Source of the DNA: Candidatus Nealsonbacteria bacterium
Lineage (GTDB): Bacteria; Patescibacteriota; Minisyncoccia; Minisyncoccales; PWPS01
Assembly (NCBI GenBank): GCA_003553505.1
Contig: PWEN01000027.1
Span: 3,705 to 67,704, forward strand
Direction: 5' to 3'
DNA: 64,000 nt
A program made the translations under genes and the position numbers. The notes under the pieces are model-generated. The model made no database searches, was not told the origin of the DNA, and was given only the letters and a program-made list of their open reading frames with translations. Shown here piece by piece: positions 17,041-25,203 of the stretch; within the stretch, counting starts at the first letter, position 1, and each line of letters starts with the position of its first letter.

Positions 17041-18207
17041 CTACTCTACTTCAATGCTAAGAAGAATGTCTCTTACTTTCTGATCATAGCCTTTGTCTTC
17101 AGGGTCAGCAATAAAATGAGAAGTGATAACAACTTTATTATTATCTTCAAACAGAAAAAAGACATGTTCTCCGTTCAAACCCCCTTCTATCTTAAAAGTT
17201 AATGCACTCTTTCCGTTTACTTCTGCCCGAGAAGGGTCCGCAATAGGATCAACTTCTTGTGTTCTCTCTTCAAACTCTTCTTCTGCGATACTCTCTAAGC
17301 TTCTTTCCTCCTTATCCACCACATCAACAAAGAAAGTAAAACCATCGGTAATTTGCGTCATATGACTATCTTCTCCAACATAGGTAACCTTTATCCTCTC
17401 TTCCTCATAATCAACAAATGCAGAAGAAGGATACTCGAAAAAAACACCCAGAGAAAGGCTTCTGTATGCTTTATGATCCTCTTTTTGCAGCCCTTCTCCT
17501 TCTTTATCAATAGACCATCTTACTTGGTCGTTTCCGGGATGCTCTGTTGTGAAGTAAAGCCTTTCTTCTGACCACTTTAAGTACTGAAATACGGGCATAA
17601 ACTGCCCCGCCTCTTCATCAGATTCTAGAGCTTCTAAAATATCTCTCTCATCAAGCATGAACCTTCTCTCTAAGTTGACTACATCATCAACCAAGAGAAA
17701 GTCTCCTCTTGCTCTACCAGTTCCAACAGTGTAGGCAACCAAGTCGTTGTCTTTAGACCAAAAGTAATCCTCAACACTTCCCGGCGAAGGATCTCTTACC
17801 ATCTCCATTTCTCCTGAATCAATATCAACTACAATAACAAATGATGTCGTGCTAGCAACAGCATAATCGGAAACAGAGAAGACCATCTTTCTATTGTCAT
17901 TTGACACAGAGACAGCCCTGTCAAAAAAACCAAACCCTGTCGGATCAACTTCTCTTCCTCCAACTTCCGGCTTTTCTTCAAAAACATGCCAGTTCTCTTC
18001 TGTCCACTGATTAAGCTCATCAATGGTAAGTTGAAATACGATATCACCTTCTTCATTTAAGACTCTAATCTCTTGTGACTCTATTCCATCCTCAGGGATA
18101 AACTCTACTTCTAGTCTCATATCCTCCTCCATGTCTCTTGTCACAAAATATCCAGCCCCAACTAAAGCAATAATAGCGATTAATAAGAATATGTATACTG
18201 TTCTCAT
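17041..18207 (-). CDS. Membrane-anchored extracytoplasmic protein, unknown function (possibly beta-propeller-like)
   Basis: N-terminal TM IFLLIAIIALVGAGYF. Beta-rich acidic body. 388 aa. Confidence 0.55.
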   Translation of the reverse strand: MRTVYIFLLIAIIALVGAGYFVTRDMEEDMRLEVEFIPEDGIESQEIRVLNEEGDIVFQLTIDELNQWTEENWHVFEEKPEVGGREVDPTGFGFFDRAVSVSNDNRKMVFSVSDYAVASTTSFVIVVDIDSGEMEMVRDPSPGSVEDYFWSKDNDLVAYTVGTGRARGDFLLVDDVVNLERRFMLDERDILEALESDEEAGQFMPVFQYLKWSEERLYFTTEHPGNDQVRWSIDKEGEGLQKEDHKAYRSLSLGVFFEYPSSAFVDYEEERIKVTYVGEDSHMTQITDGFTFFVDVVDKEERSLESIAEEEFEERTQEVDPIADPSRAEVNGKSALTFKIEGGLNGEHVFFLFEDNNKVVITSHFIADPEDKGYDQKVRDILLSIEVE

Positions 18208-18558
18208 AATTAAGTTTATTTAAATTTCTTTATTGTGCCTTAGTAGTACCAGTAATGACCATGATTCGTTTATCTTCTCTAATAATTTATTCTATCCCGC
18301 TTTTCTCTCAACCACAAATATTTCTACCTTATCTTTAACTATAGCATAGATTGCAGGCTTTAGTGAACAATCCTACTTCTTACAAATTTTATTCTATTTT
18401 TTTTAAATCATGAATTGGAAAATACATCGAACCGAAACCTCTACCAGTTTTTATAAGGCGACAGATGTCTTCCCAAGTAAAGTGAGAACGCAACATGGTT
18501 TGAATTCAACTGATCAATATCCTATATATTATACAAACTGCTTAATGGTGTCACGAAA

Positions 18559-18585
18559 TAAAAAACCGAGCTATTCTCATCTCGG
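18559..18585 (-). terminator. Rho-independent terminator downstream of tRNA-Gln
   Basis: Stem ccgag (18566..18570) / ctcgg (18581..18585), followed on the minus strand by UUUUUUA. Confidence 0.5.
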
Positions 18586-18602
18586 TCACTATCACAAATT
18601 TG

Positions 18603-18673
18603 CTGCCAGGCTAGGACTCGAACCTAGACTACGAGTGCCAGAAACTCGCGTCCTACCATTAGACGACCTGGCA
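18603..18673 (-). tRNA. tRNA-Gln (anticodon CUG)
   Basis: Hand-folded cloverleaf: acceptor TGCCAGG/CCTGGCA, anticodon arm CGAGT-TTCTGGC-ACTCG, T-arm with GGTTCGAGTCC. No encoded CCA. Confidence 0.85.
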
Positions 18674-18677
18674 ATAA

Positions 18678-19574
18678 TTATCCCAAGTACTTTCTCGCCG
18701 CTACAACACTTGATACCACTCCCAATATTACTCCCACGGAAAGTTGCATTATCAAAACGAACGGCATGCTCTCTAGCAGATGCTTGTAAACATTAACCTC
18801 CATGTAAGTATAAGGGACAAGCATAAGCGCAACGAGAAATACAATAAACGATAAAAGTGCGGAAACAATCCCTGTTATCACTCCCTGTGTTACAAAAGAT
18901 CCTTGAATAAACATACTGGAAGATCCCACAAGACCCATTACACGTATCTCTTCTTTCATTCCGTATATAGCAAGCTTGACGGTATTAAATACCAGCAAGA
19001 CAGCGATAAGGGCAAGTAAACTGCTCACTATTATCCCCGCACTTCTTAGTGTTTCCGTAATAGAGAATATTCCTTCCACTACTGCCTGCCTGCCATAAAA
19101 ATCGATGCCATATATAAGTTCCGGATAAGAGTCGTTTGCAAACTCCGATATCGCCCTATAAGTATCAGGATCACCGGCTTTTATATTAAGAGATGCCGGA
19201 AAAGGGTTTCCCACTTCATCGAGGGCCTCCATTACCACCGGTCTGTCGCCAAAACTCTCTACAAACCTCTCTTTTGCTTCTTCGCGAGAAATGTAATCCG
19301 TTTTGTCTATATCAAACTTCTCACTTATCTCTCCTTCTAGCTCCATTATTCTTTCCTCACTCACTATACCCTCAAAATCAATGGTCATATCCGCCTTGTC
19401 CTCCACTTCTGATATCGCCTCTTCGGATAACCCACGAATAAGGAAAAGAGAAGTGATAAGCGATATAGTGACTACAAGAACAAATATAGAGACAAGCGAA
19501 AGTCCTATCTCTCGTGAAAAGTTCTTCCAGCCGAATATTAACACTCTTTTAAGCGATGTAAAGGGATTTGTCAT
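18678..19574 (-). CDS. ftsX: Cell-division permease-like protein FtsX
   Basis: One TM, a large extracytoplasmic loop and three C-terminal TM. Overlaps the ftsE stop by 4 nt. Confidence 0.8.
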   Translation of the reverse strand: MTNPFTSLKRVLIFGWKNFSREIGLSLVSIFVLVVTISLITSLFLIRGLSEEAISEVEDKADMTIDFEGIVSEERIMELEGEISEKFDIDKTDYISREEAKERFVESFGDRPVVMEALDEVGNPFPASLNIKAGDPDTYRAISEFANDSYPELIYGIDFYGRQAVVEGIFSITETLRSAGIIVSSLLALIAVLLVFNTVKLAIYGMKEEIRVMGLVGSSSMFIQGSFVTQGVITGIVSALLSFIVFLVALMLVPYTYMEVNVYKHLLESMPFVLIMQLSVGVILGVVSSVVAARKYLG

Positions 19575-20266
19575 AGTATAAATTTTCCTTTTTCACAGTC
19601 ATTTGCTATTCTTCCGTCTTTTAAAGTTATTACCCTCTTGCAGAGGTCGTTTACCGTTTCCTTGTTGTGTGTTGCAAGAACAACTGTCGTTCCTCCTTCG
19701 TTTATACGCAAAAGAATGTTCATCACATCTCTTGCATGATACGGATCAAGATCCCCCGTCGGTTCATCAGCAAGAATAACATCAGGTTGATGTATAAGCG
19801 CACGGGCAATCGCTGTTCTTTGTTGTTCTCCTCCCGACAGCTGGTAAGGAAAGTGTGATGCCTTTTCAAGAAGGCCTACCGTCTCTAAAAGCTCGGGGAC
19901 ATCACGCTCAATCTCTTCATCTTTTGTGCCGGTAACTTCCATAGCATAAGCAACGTTCTCATATACCGTTTTAGAAGAAAGAAGCTTATAATCCTGAAAT
20001 ATGGTTCCTATTCTTCTTCTTGTTTTATGAAAACGCGTAAATGGAATCTTGTGAATATCTTGTCCATCAAAAAAAACACTTCCTTCTGTAGGCCTCTCTT
20101 CGCCCAGTATTATCCGAAAAAGCGTTGTTTTTCCCGCACCGGATCGCCCCACAATGGAAACAAACTCTCCTTTATCAATCTTAAAAGAGATGTCCTCTAA
20201 CACAACTGTCTCTTTTTTAGTAAAGTGCGCAGGATATATTTTTGTTACTTTATTGAAAAAAATCAT
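19571..20266 (-). CDS. ftsE: Cell-division ATP-binding protein FtsE
   Basis: GRSGAGKTTL (Walker A), LSGGEQQR (ABC signature), ILADEPTG (Walker B). Confidence 0.9.
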   Translation of the reverse strand: MIFFNKVTKIYPAHFTKKETVVLEDISFKIDKGEFVSIVGRSGAGKTTLFRIILGEERPTEGSVFFDGQDIHKIPFTRFHKTRRRIGTIFQDYKLLSSKTVYENVAYAMEVTGTKDEEIERDVPELLETVGLLEKASHFPYQLSGGEQQRTAIARALIHQPDVILADEPTGDLDPYHARDVMNILLRINEGGTTVVLATHNKETVNDLCKRVITLKDGRIANDCEKGKFIL

Positions 20267-21358
20267 TTTCTTTTTATCATCGCCTCAATGAAGGAATCTA
20301 TTTCTCCGTCAAACACTGCATCGACATTTGAAGTTTCTGTTCCCGTACGAAGATCTTTTGCCATTCTGTAGGGATGCAACACATAGTTGCGAATCTGACT
20401 TCCCCAACTCGCAGAGGACGATTCCCCTTTCTCTTCTTCCATTTTCTTTTTTCTTTCTTCTTCTGCTCTTTTTTCCAGCTTGGAGCGAAGTATACTTATG
20501 GCAACTTTCTTGTTCTCTCCTTGCAGTCTTTCATTCTGCGAGCTTGCAGTAAGTCCCGTGGGAGTGTGCGTTACACGCACCGCAGACTCTGTTTTGTTTA
20601 CATGCTGCCCTCCCGGGCCAGAAGAACGAAAAGTGTCTACTCGAAGATCTTTATCGTTTATCTCTACTTCTCCCGCCCCTTCTTCTACTCTGGGATAAAC
20701 ATCAACAGAAGCAAAAGAAGTATGACGCAACTCGTCGGAAGAAAACGGCGATTTACGAACAAGCCGGTGTGTTCCGTTCTCTCCTTTCAGGAATCCGTAA
20801 GCGTAACTGCCCTCTACCTGAAAGGAAACGCTTTTTATGCCCATCCTTCCTTCCGGACCTCCCGCCTCTCCAAAAGAACAGTCTATCTGTTTTACATTAT
20901 ATCCTTTTCTCTCCGCATACCTTTCATACATGCGCAAAAGCATGGCAACAAAGTCTTCCGCATCTCTTCCCCCTACTCCGGAAGATATCTCTATCACAGC
21001 ATCACTACGATCAAACTTACCGGACATAAAAGACCTGAAACTCTCTTTTTCTACTTCTTCTTTTAACTTATCAAGACGCGCAAAAACCTCTTCCATCATC
21101 TCCTTGTCATCTGCAAAATCTCTCATCATCTCTTCTATGTCATAAGCCTCCTTCTTCAAGCGTTCTATCTTCTCCACCTCCTCTTTTAAAGAAGATAACT
21201 CCTTGCTTTTTTTTGCGGCCGTCTCAGGGTTATTCCAGAAGTCAGGAGAGTACGTTTCCTTGTCCAGTTCTTTTATTCTACTTTTTTTCTTTTCAATTTC
21301 AAAGACACTCCTCCATATGGAGGATGTTATCTTTCGTTTCTTTTATTCCATTATTCAT
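20263..21358 (-). CDS. prfB: Peptide chain release factor 2, two frames joined by a programmed +1 frameshift
   Basis: The track ORF (20263..21177, GTG start) contains SGPGGQHVNKTESAVRVTH. Frame 0 from the ATG at 21358 reads MNNGIKETKDNILHMEECL-TGA. Shifting +1 at CTT TGA continues as EIEKKKSRIKELDKETYSPDFWNNPETAAKKSKE..., which is the conserved RF2 N-terminus and runs in frame into the track ORF. Confidence 0.85.
21299..21314 (-). promoter_or_regulatory. RF2 autoregulatory +1 frameshift site
   Basis: The minus strand reads GGAGGAG-TGT-CTT-TGA-A: an internal SD 3 nt before the CUU slippery codon and the in-frame UGA, the same spacing as in E. coli prfB. Confidence 0.85.
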
Positions 21359-21361
21359 ATG

Positions 21362-21434
21362 AGCCAGCGACCGGACTCGAACCGGTGGCCTACTCTTTAC
21401 GAAAGAGTTGCTCTGCCACTGAGCTACGCTGGCC
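21362..21434 (-). tRNA. tRNA-Thr (anticodon CGU)
   Basis: Acceptor GCCAGCG/CGCTGGC, D-arm GCTC-AGTGGCA-GAGC, anticodon arm ACTCT-TTCGTAA-AGAGT, T-arm ACCGG-TTCGAGT-CCGGT. No encoded CCA. The 3' end lies 3 nt from the prfB ATG. Confidence 0.85.
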
Positions 21435-21484
21435 TTTAAACTGGTGTATACTTTAGCAAAAAATAAGAAAAAAGAGAAGTGCAT

Positions 21485-21512
21485 AAAAAAGCGGGAAATA
21501 TCATCTTCCCGC
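21485..21512 (-). terminator. Rho-independent terminator after the MFS gene (bidirectional shape)
   Basis: Stem gcgggaa (21491..21497) / ttcccgc (21506..21512), with a U-run on the minus strand (A-run 21485..21490). Confidence 0.6.
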
Positions 21513-21519
21513 TTTTGTT

Positions 21520-22704
21520 TTAACTTCGCCCATTTCCCATTAAATAAAGTGTTAATGCTAAAAGAACTCCTCCCGAAAACATCCACGCCGCTGAAATTGA
21601 AACGTATTCAGCGGTAAAGCCACAAAAAAGCAGCCCTGTCATCCCTCCAACATGACGAAACATCGACTCAAAAGAGATAAGGGTTGCACGCTCATCCGAA
21701 GTGATGCTTTTATTGAGATAGAGATCTTTGATCGGGCGAAAAACTCCTCTTGCAAACTCGTGTATTAAAAAAACACTCAACGCAAAAGGGAAACAATCAA
21801 AAAGCACTGTCATAAATACACCTGCGCCAATAACGGCCTGTGAAGCAACCAAAGCCCTTCTTTTACTTTTCATAGCTCTTAAAAAGTAAGAAGAGTATGC
21901 AGCCCCCAAAATAATACAAACAGAAACCATCCCAAAAATGACACCGAGACTTGTTTTGCTGGACAAAAACTGAGAAAAAAACGGTTGCCACTGCATATTT
22001 GGAGCCTGTATTGTAAAATAGTGAAAGATGCCCATTAAGGCAATAAACTTAAAGGCTTTGTTTTCTCTGCTATACCGAAAACTCAACAATGCAGTCCTTT
22101 TCATGGCAGATATTCCCTCTTTGAAAGAGATTTTTTGTCGAACAAAGTGTTCTTCTCGCATAAATATAATGGCTAAAATGCCAGCAAGAAAAAAAGAAAA
22201 GCCACCAGCTATCCAAGGAAAAACAATGTTCTTGTCGGCAAGGAACGCACCACAAAAAGCTCCTACAATACCAGCAAAATGAGTAACCTGTTGCTCTCTT
22301 GCAAACACTACTTCTAAAGGCCCTTTGTAGTTCTCACTTTTCAGTTTATCGACAATCCATGCCTGAAACGCCCCGCTTGAAAAAGTAAAGCCCAGTGCTG
22401 CAACAACCTCTGCAAAAGCAAATCCCCAAAAAGAGTACATCGCTGCATAGATAAACATGCTTAAAGATAAAAGAAAGCAAGAAATAACAAATGAAGTTTT
22501 TCTTCCAATGTTATCGGCAACGACCCCCGTCGGAACCTCACAAAAAAATAGAGTTGCAAAAAATACAAAGTTAATAAGACTGACCTCAAAAAGGTTCATT
22601 CCTCGAGAAGTGAGAAACACAACATAAGTTGCGGAAATAAAAGAGATTGCCAAACCCTTTATTAAGGCCAACAACAAATACACTCCGATCGTGTATTTTG
22701 ACAT
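21520..22704 (-). CDS. MFS transporter
   Basis: 12-TM profile and an MFS motif-A-like GVVADNIGRKTS. SD AAAGGAGGGG 4 nt before the ATG. Confidence 0.8.
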   Translation of the reverse strand: MSKYTIGVYLLLALIKGLAISFISATYVVFLTSRGMNLFEVSLINFVFFATLFFCEVPTGVVADNIGRKTSFVISCFLLSLSMFIYAAMYSFWGFAFAEVVAALGFTFSSGAFQAWIVDKLKSENYKGPLEVVFAREQQVTHFAGIVGAFCGAFLADKNIVFPWIAGGFSFFLAGILAIIFMREEHFVRQKISFKEGISAMKRTALLSFRYSRENKAFKFIALMGIFHYFTIQAPNMQWQPFFSQFLSSKTSLGVIFGMVSVCIILGAAYSSYFLRAMKSKRRALVASQAVIGAGVFMTVLFDCFPFALSVFLIHEFARGVFRPIKDLYLNKSITSDERATLISFESMFRHVGGMTGLLFCGFTAEYVSISAAWMFSGGVLLALTLYLMGNGRS

Positions 22705-22749
22705 AAGTCCCCTCCTTTCTTTTTGATGTTTAAAGAGCTATCTAGGTAA

Positions 22750-22782
22750 ACAAAAACGTCTCGTTTACCTAACCGAGACGTT
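22750..22782 (-). terminator. Rho-independent terminator inside the leader region upstream of the MFS gene
   Basis: Stem acgtctcg (22756..22763) / cgagacgt (22774..22781), followed on the minus strand by UUUUUGUUU. It lies 45 nt upstream of the MFS ATG. Confidence 0.55.
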
Positions 22783-22943
22783 TTTAATATTCTTTATAGA
22801 TATAATTTTTATTCCGAGTTCTTATAAAAACCGCCTTGGCCAGGCAAACCAGTGGCACTCCAGAAATAAAAAGGAGCCCCAATCTCTCTTTGAAGCATGA
22901 CTGTAATATTCTTTTGGCAGTTATTATTTATCATAATGGCAGT

Positions 22944-22972
22944 AATATAACACTTAAATATAATTACGTCAA
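22944..22972 (-). promoter_or_regulatory. Candidate sigma70-type promoter TTGACG-17-TATATT
   Basis: -35 at 22972..22967 and -10 at 22949..22944 on the minus strand, 13 nt downstream of tRNA-Gly. Confidence 0.4.
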
Positions 22973-22984
22973 ATTAATAAAAAG

Positions 22985-23058
22985 TGGAGCGAGTGACGGG
23001 AATCGAACCCGCGTACCTGGCTTGGGAAGCCAGTGCTCTACCATTGAGCTACACTCGC
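22985..23058 (-). tRNA. tRNA-Gly (anticodon CCC), CCA encoded
   Basis: Acceptor GCGAGTG/CACTCGC, anticodon arm CTGGC-TTCCCAA-GCCAG, T-arm GCGGG-TTCGATT-CCCGT, 3' TCCA. It directly abuts the stop codon of the upstream CDS. Confidence 0.85.
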
Positions 23059-23412
23059 CTATCGTAAAATTTCCATTAACCCTTCCCAGAACCCCGGCTC
23101 TCCTTCTTCTTCCTCCTCCTCTTCTTCCTCCTCCTCTTCTTCGTCTCGCAGTATAAAGACAACGCTCTCCCCTTCCCTTTGCATGATTAGCTGCTCCCTT
23201 GCTTTGCGCTCGATCTCCTCATCGTCAAGCTCAACAACCTGCACTGTTTCACTTTCAAGGCTTTCTTTTCTTTCTTTTATCTCCTCCATGTGCTGCCTAT
23301 TCTCTACCCTCTCTAGCCATATTTTTACGTTTAAAAAAAGAAGCAACAAACACCCAAGAACAAGAAAAATAAAAACGATCTTATGAGGAGATTTGTTCTG
23401 CTTCTTTTTCAT
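23059..23412 (-). CDS. Septum formation initiator (FtsB/DivIC)-like protein with poly-Glu tail
   Basis: One TM (IVFIFLVLGCLLLLFL), a coiled coil, REQLIMQREGESVVFI, then a run of 14 Glu. Confidence 0.6.
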   Translation of the reverse strand: MKKKQNKSPHKIVFIFLVLGCLLLLFLNVKIWLERVENRQHMEEIKERKESLESETVQVVELDDEEIERKAREQLIMQREGESVVFILRDEEEEEEEEEEEEEGEPGFWEGLMEILR

Positions 23413-23433
23413 AGAATTAATTATAGCAGAGTG

Positions 23434-25203
23434 TCACTCACTGCGAAACACTTTCAAGAAAGCTTCTTGCGGAATATTTACTCTCGCACCCTGCGCAAGC
23501 TTCTTTTTTCCTTTTTTCTGCTTTTCAAGAAGTTTTCTCTTTCTTGTTACATCCCCTCCGTAAAGATGCCCGGTAACATTCTTTCTTCTCGCACTTATTG
23601 TTTCACGAGCGACAACCTTTCCTCCTACTCTTGCCTGCAAGGGTACGGCAAACTGCTCCGGAGGAATGATCTCCTTTAAGCGGGAAACTATCTTTTTGCC
23701 CTCTTGAAAAACCTCGTCACGTGCAACAATGCGTGAAAAAGCCTCCTCTACATTGAAAGCAATAAGTATCTCCATTTTCACAAGATCCGACTTATAAAAG
23801 TCGGTAACTTCATACCCCGCAGAAGCATATCCTTTCGTGGCGCTCTTTAGCTTGTCATGAAAGCCAACTATAACAAGACGTAAGGGAGCTTCATAAGTTA
23901 TAAGCACCCTCTCGGCAGAAATATACTCTGTATCAACATACTTTCCCCTTAAAAGTGATAACACCTCTGTTGCTCCCCCTAGTTCGGAAGCAGGAGTGAC
24001 AACCTCCAAAAGAACCCACGGCTCTCTTGTTTCACCTATAAGAGAAGTGTCCGGCCAGTCAGAAGCGGAACATATGTCAACTTCTTCTCCGTTTTTCTTT
24101 AAAACCTTGAAAGTAACAGAAGGAGCGGAAACAATGAGATCGAGCTCGTAGTCACGACGCAGGACCTCCGATATTATCTCCGAATGAAGCGATCCGAGAA
24201 AACCACAACGAAATCCTCTTCCAAACGCTTCCTTGAACTCCGGAGAAAAAGTGAATGCGGGATCGGTAAGGCTTATCTCTTGCAGGGCATTATAGAAAGA
24301 GAGGTAGTGATCGGGATTTTTAGGATAGAAGCTGGAGAAAACCATCGGCATGGGCTCCTTGTATCCCGGAAGAGGCTCTATCTTTTCTCCTTTTTTGTAA
24401 ACCGTATCACCGGACTTTATCGCCCCCCTCTCTTTTATGCCAGTACAAATATATCCTATATCCCCCGCGCATATCTTGTCCTGAGGCATCATACGCGGCA
24501 CAAAAAATCCCACCTCTTTTGCATCTCCTTCTTTTGTGGAGGCAAAAAGAGCAACACGATCACCCTTTTTTAGGGTTCCATCGACCACACGCAAGTGAGC
24601 TATTATCCCTTTATAAGAGTTATACTCCGAATCAAAGACAAGCGCACGCAAAGGAGTAGAAGAGTCTCCTTTCGCAGAAGGAATACGTTCTACTATCGCA
24701 TCGAGCACCTTTTTTACGTTTTCTCCTTTCTTGGCAGATATCTTTATTATCTCTTCCCTTGAAACACCAAGGGCACTGATCATCTCTTCTTCCGTCTCTT
24801 CTATACAGGCGTTCTCCGCATCTATCTTGTTTATCACCGGAACTATCACAAAACCGCTCCCTTTTTCCTTTGCAAGCTGCAGATTAGCAAGCGTTTGAGC
24901 TTGTATACCCTTTGTCGCATCCACTAGCAAAACCGCCCCCTCTACCGCGGAAAGCGAACGAGACACTTCATAAGAAAAGTCCACATGACCGGGAGTATCT
25001 ATCATGTTCAAGATCTCTCCTTCATGTTTCATGCGCACGGGGCGCAACTTTATCGTTATCCCGCGCTCACGCTCCAACTCCATGTCATCGAGATACTGGT
25101 CTTGCATCTCTTTTGCGGAAACGGTCTTTGTCATCTCCAAAAAGCGATCCGCAAGAGTGGATTTGCCGTGATCTATATGACTTATAATACAAAAGTTTTT
25201 CAT
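23434..25203 (-). CDS. lepA: Elongation factor 4
   Basis: NFCIISHIDHGKSTLADRFLE, DTPGHVDF, NKID, and the LepA C-terminal domain. Confidence 0.95.
   Translation of the reverse strand: MKNFCIISHIDHGKSTLADRFLEMTKTVSAKEMQDQYLDDMELERERGITIKLRPVRMKHEGEILNMIDTPGHVDFSYEVSRSLSAVEGAVLLVDATKGIQAQTLANLQLAKEKGSGFVIVPVINKIDAENACIEETEEEMISALGVSREEIIKISAKKGENVKKVLDAIVERIPSAKGDSSTPLRALVFDSEYNSYKGIIAHLRVVDGTLKKGDRVALFASTKEGDAKEVGFFVPRMMPQDKICAGDIGYICTGIKERGAIKSGDTVYKKGEKIEPLPGYKEPMPMVFSSFYPKNPDHYLSFYNALQEISLTDPAFTFSPEFKEAFGRGFRCGFLGSLHSEIISEVLRRDYELDLIVSAPSVTFKVLKKNGEEVDICSASDWPDTSLIGETREPWVLLEVVTPASELGGATEVLSLLRGKYVDTEYISAERVLITYEAPLRLVIVGFHDKLKSATKGYASAGYEVTDFYKSDLVKMEILIAFNVEEAFSRIVARDEVFQEGKKIVSRLKEIIPPEQFAVPLQARVGGKVVARETISARRKNVTGHLYGGDVTRKRKLLEKQKKGKKKLAQGARVNIPQEAFLKVFRSE

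Noticed and set aside
21299-21586. 95-aa minus-strand ORF spanning the MFS gene 3' end, a terminator and tRNA-Thr.
   Set aside because: It reads through a tRNA gene and a terminator. Only its last 19 codons (from the ATG at 21358) are real, forming the frame-0 exon of prfB.
22820-22900. Possible SRP (4.5S) RNA, suggested by GGGGCTCC and GCCTGGCCAAGGCGG strings.
   Set aside because: There is no GGAA/GNRA tetraloop with the flanking AGCA/GGAAGCAG symmetric-loop motif, and no 3' partner for the GGGGCTCC 5' arm. It does not fold as a long SRP hairpin.
18603-23058. tRNA genes as possible integration sites of a mobile element or genomic island.
   Set aside because: There is no integrase, transposase or phage gene and no direct repeat of a tRNA 3' end nearby. 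The flanking genes are housekeeping (ftsEX, prfB, lepA).
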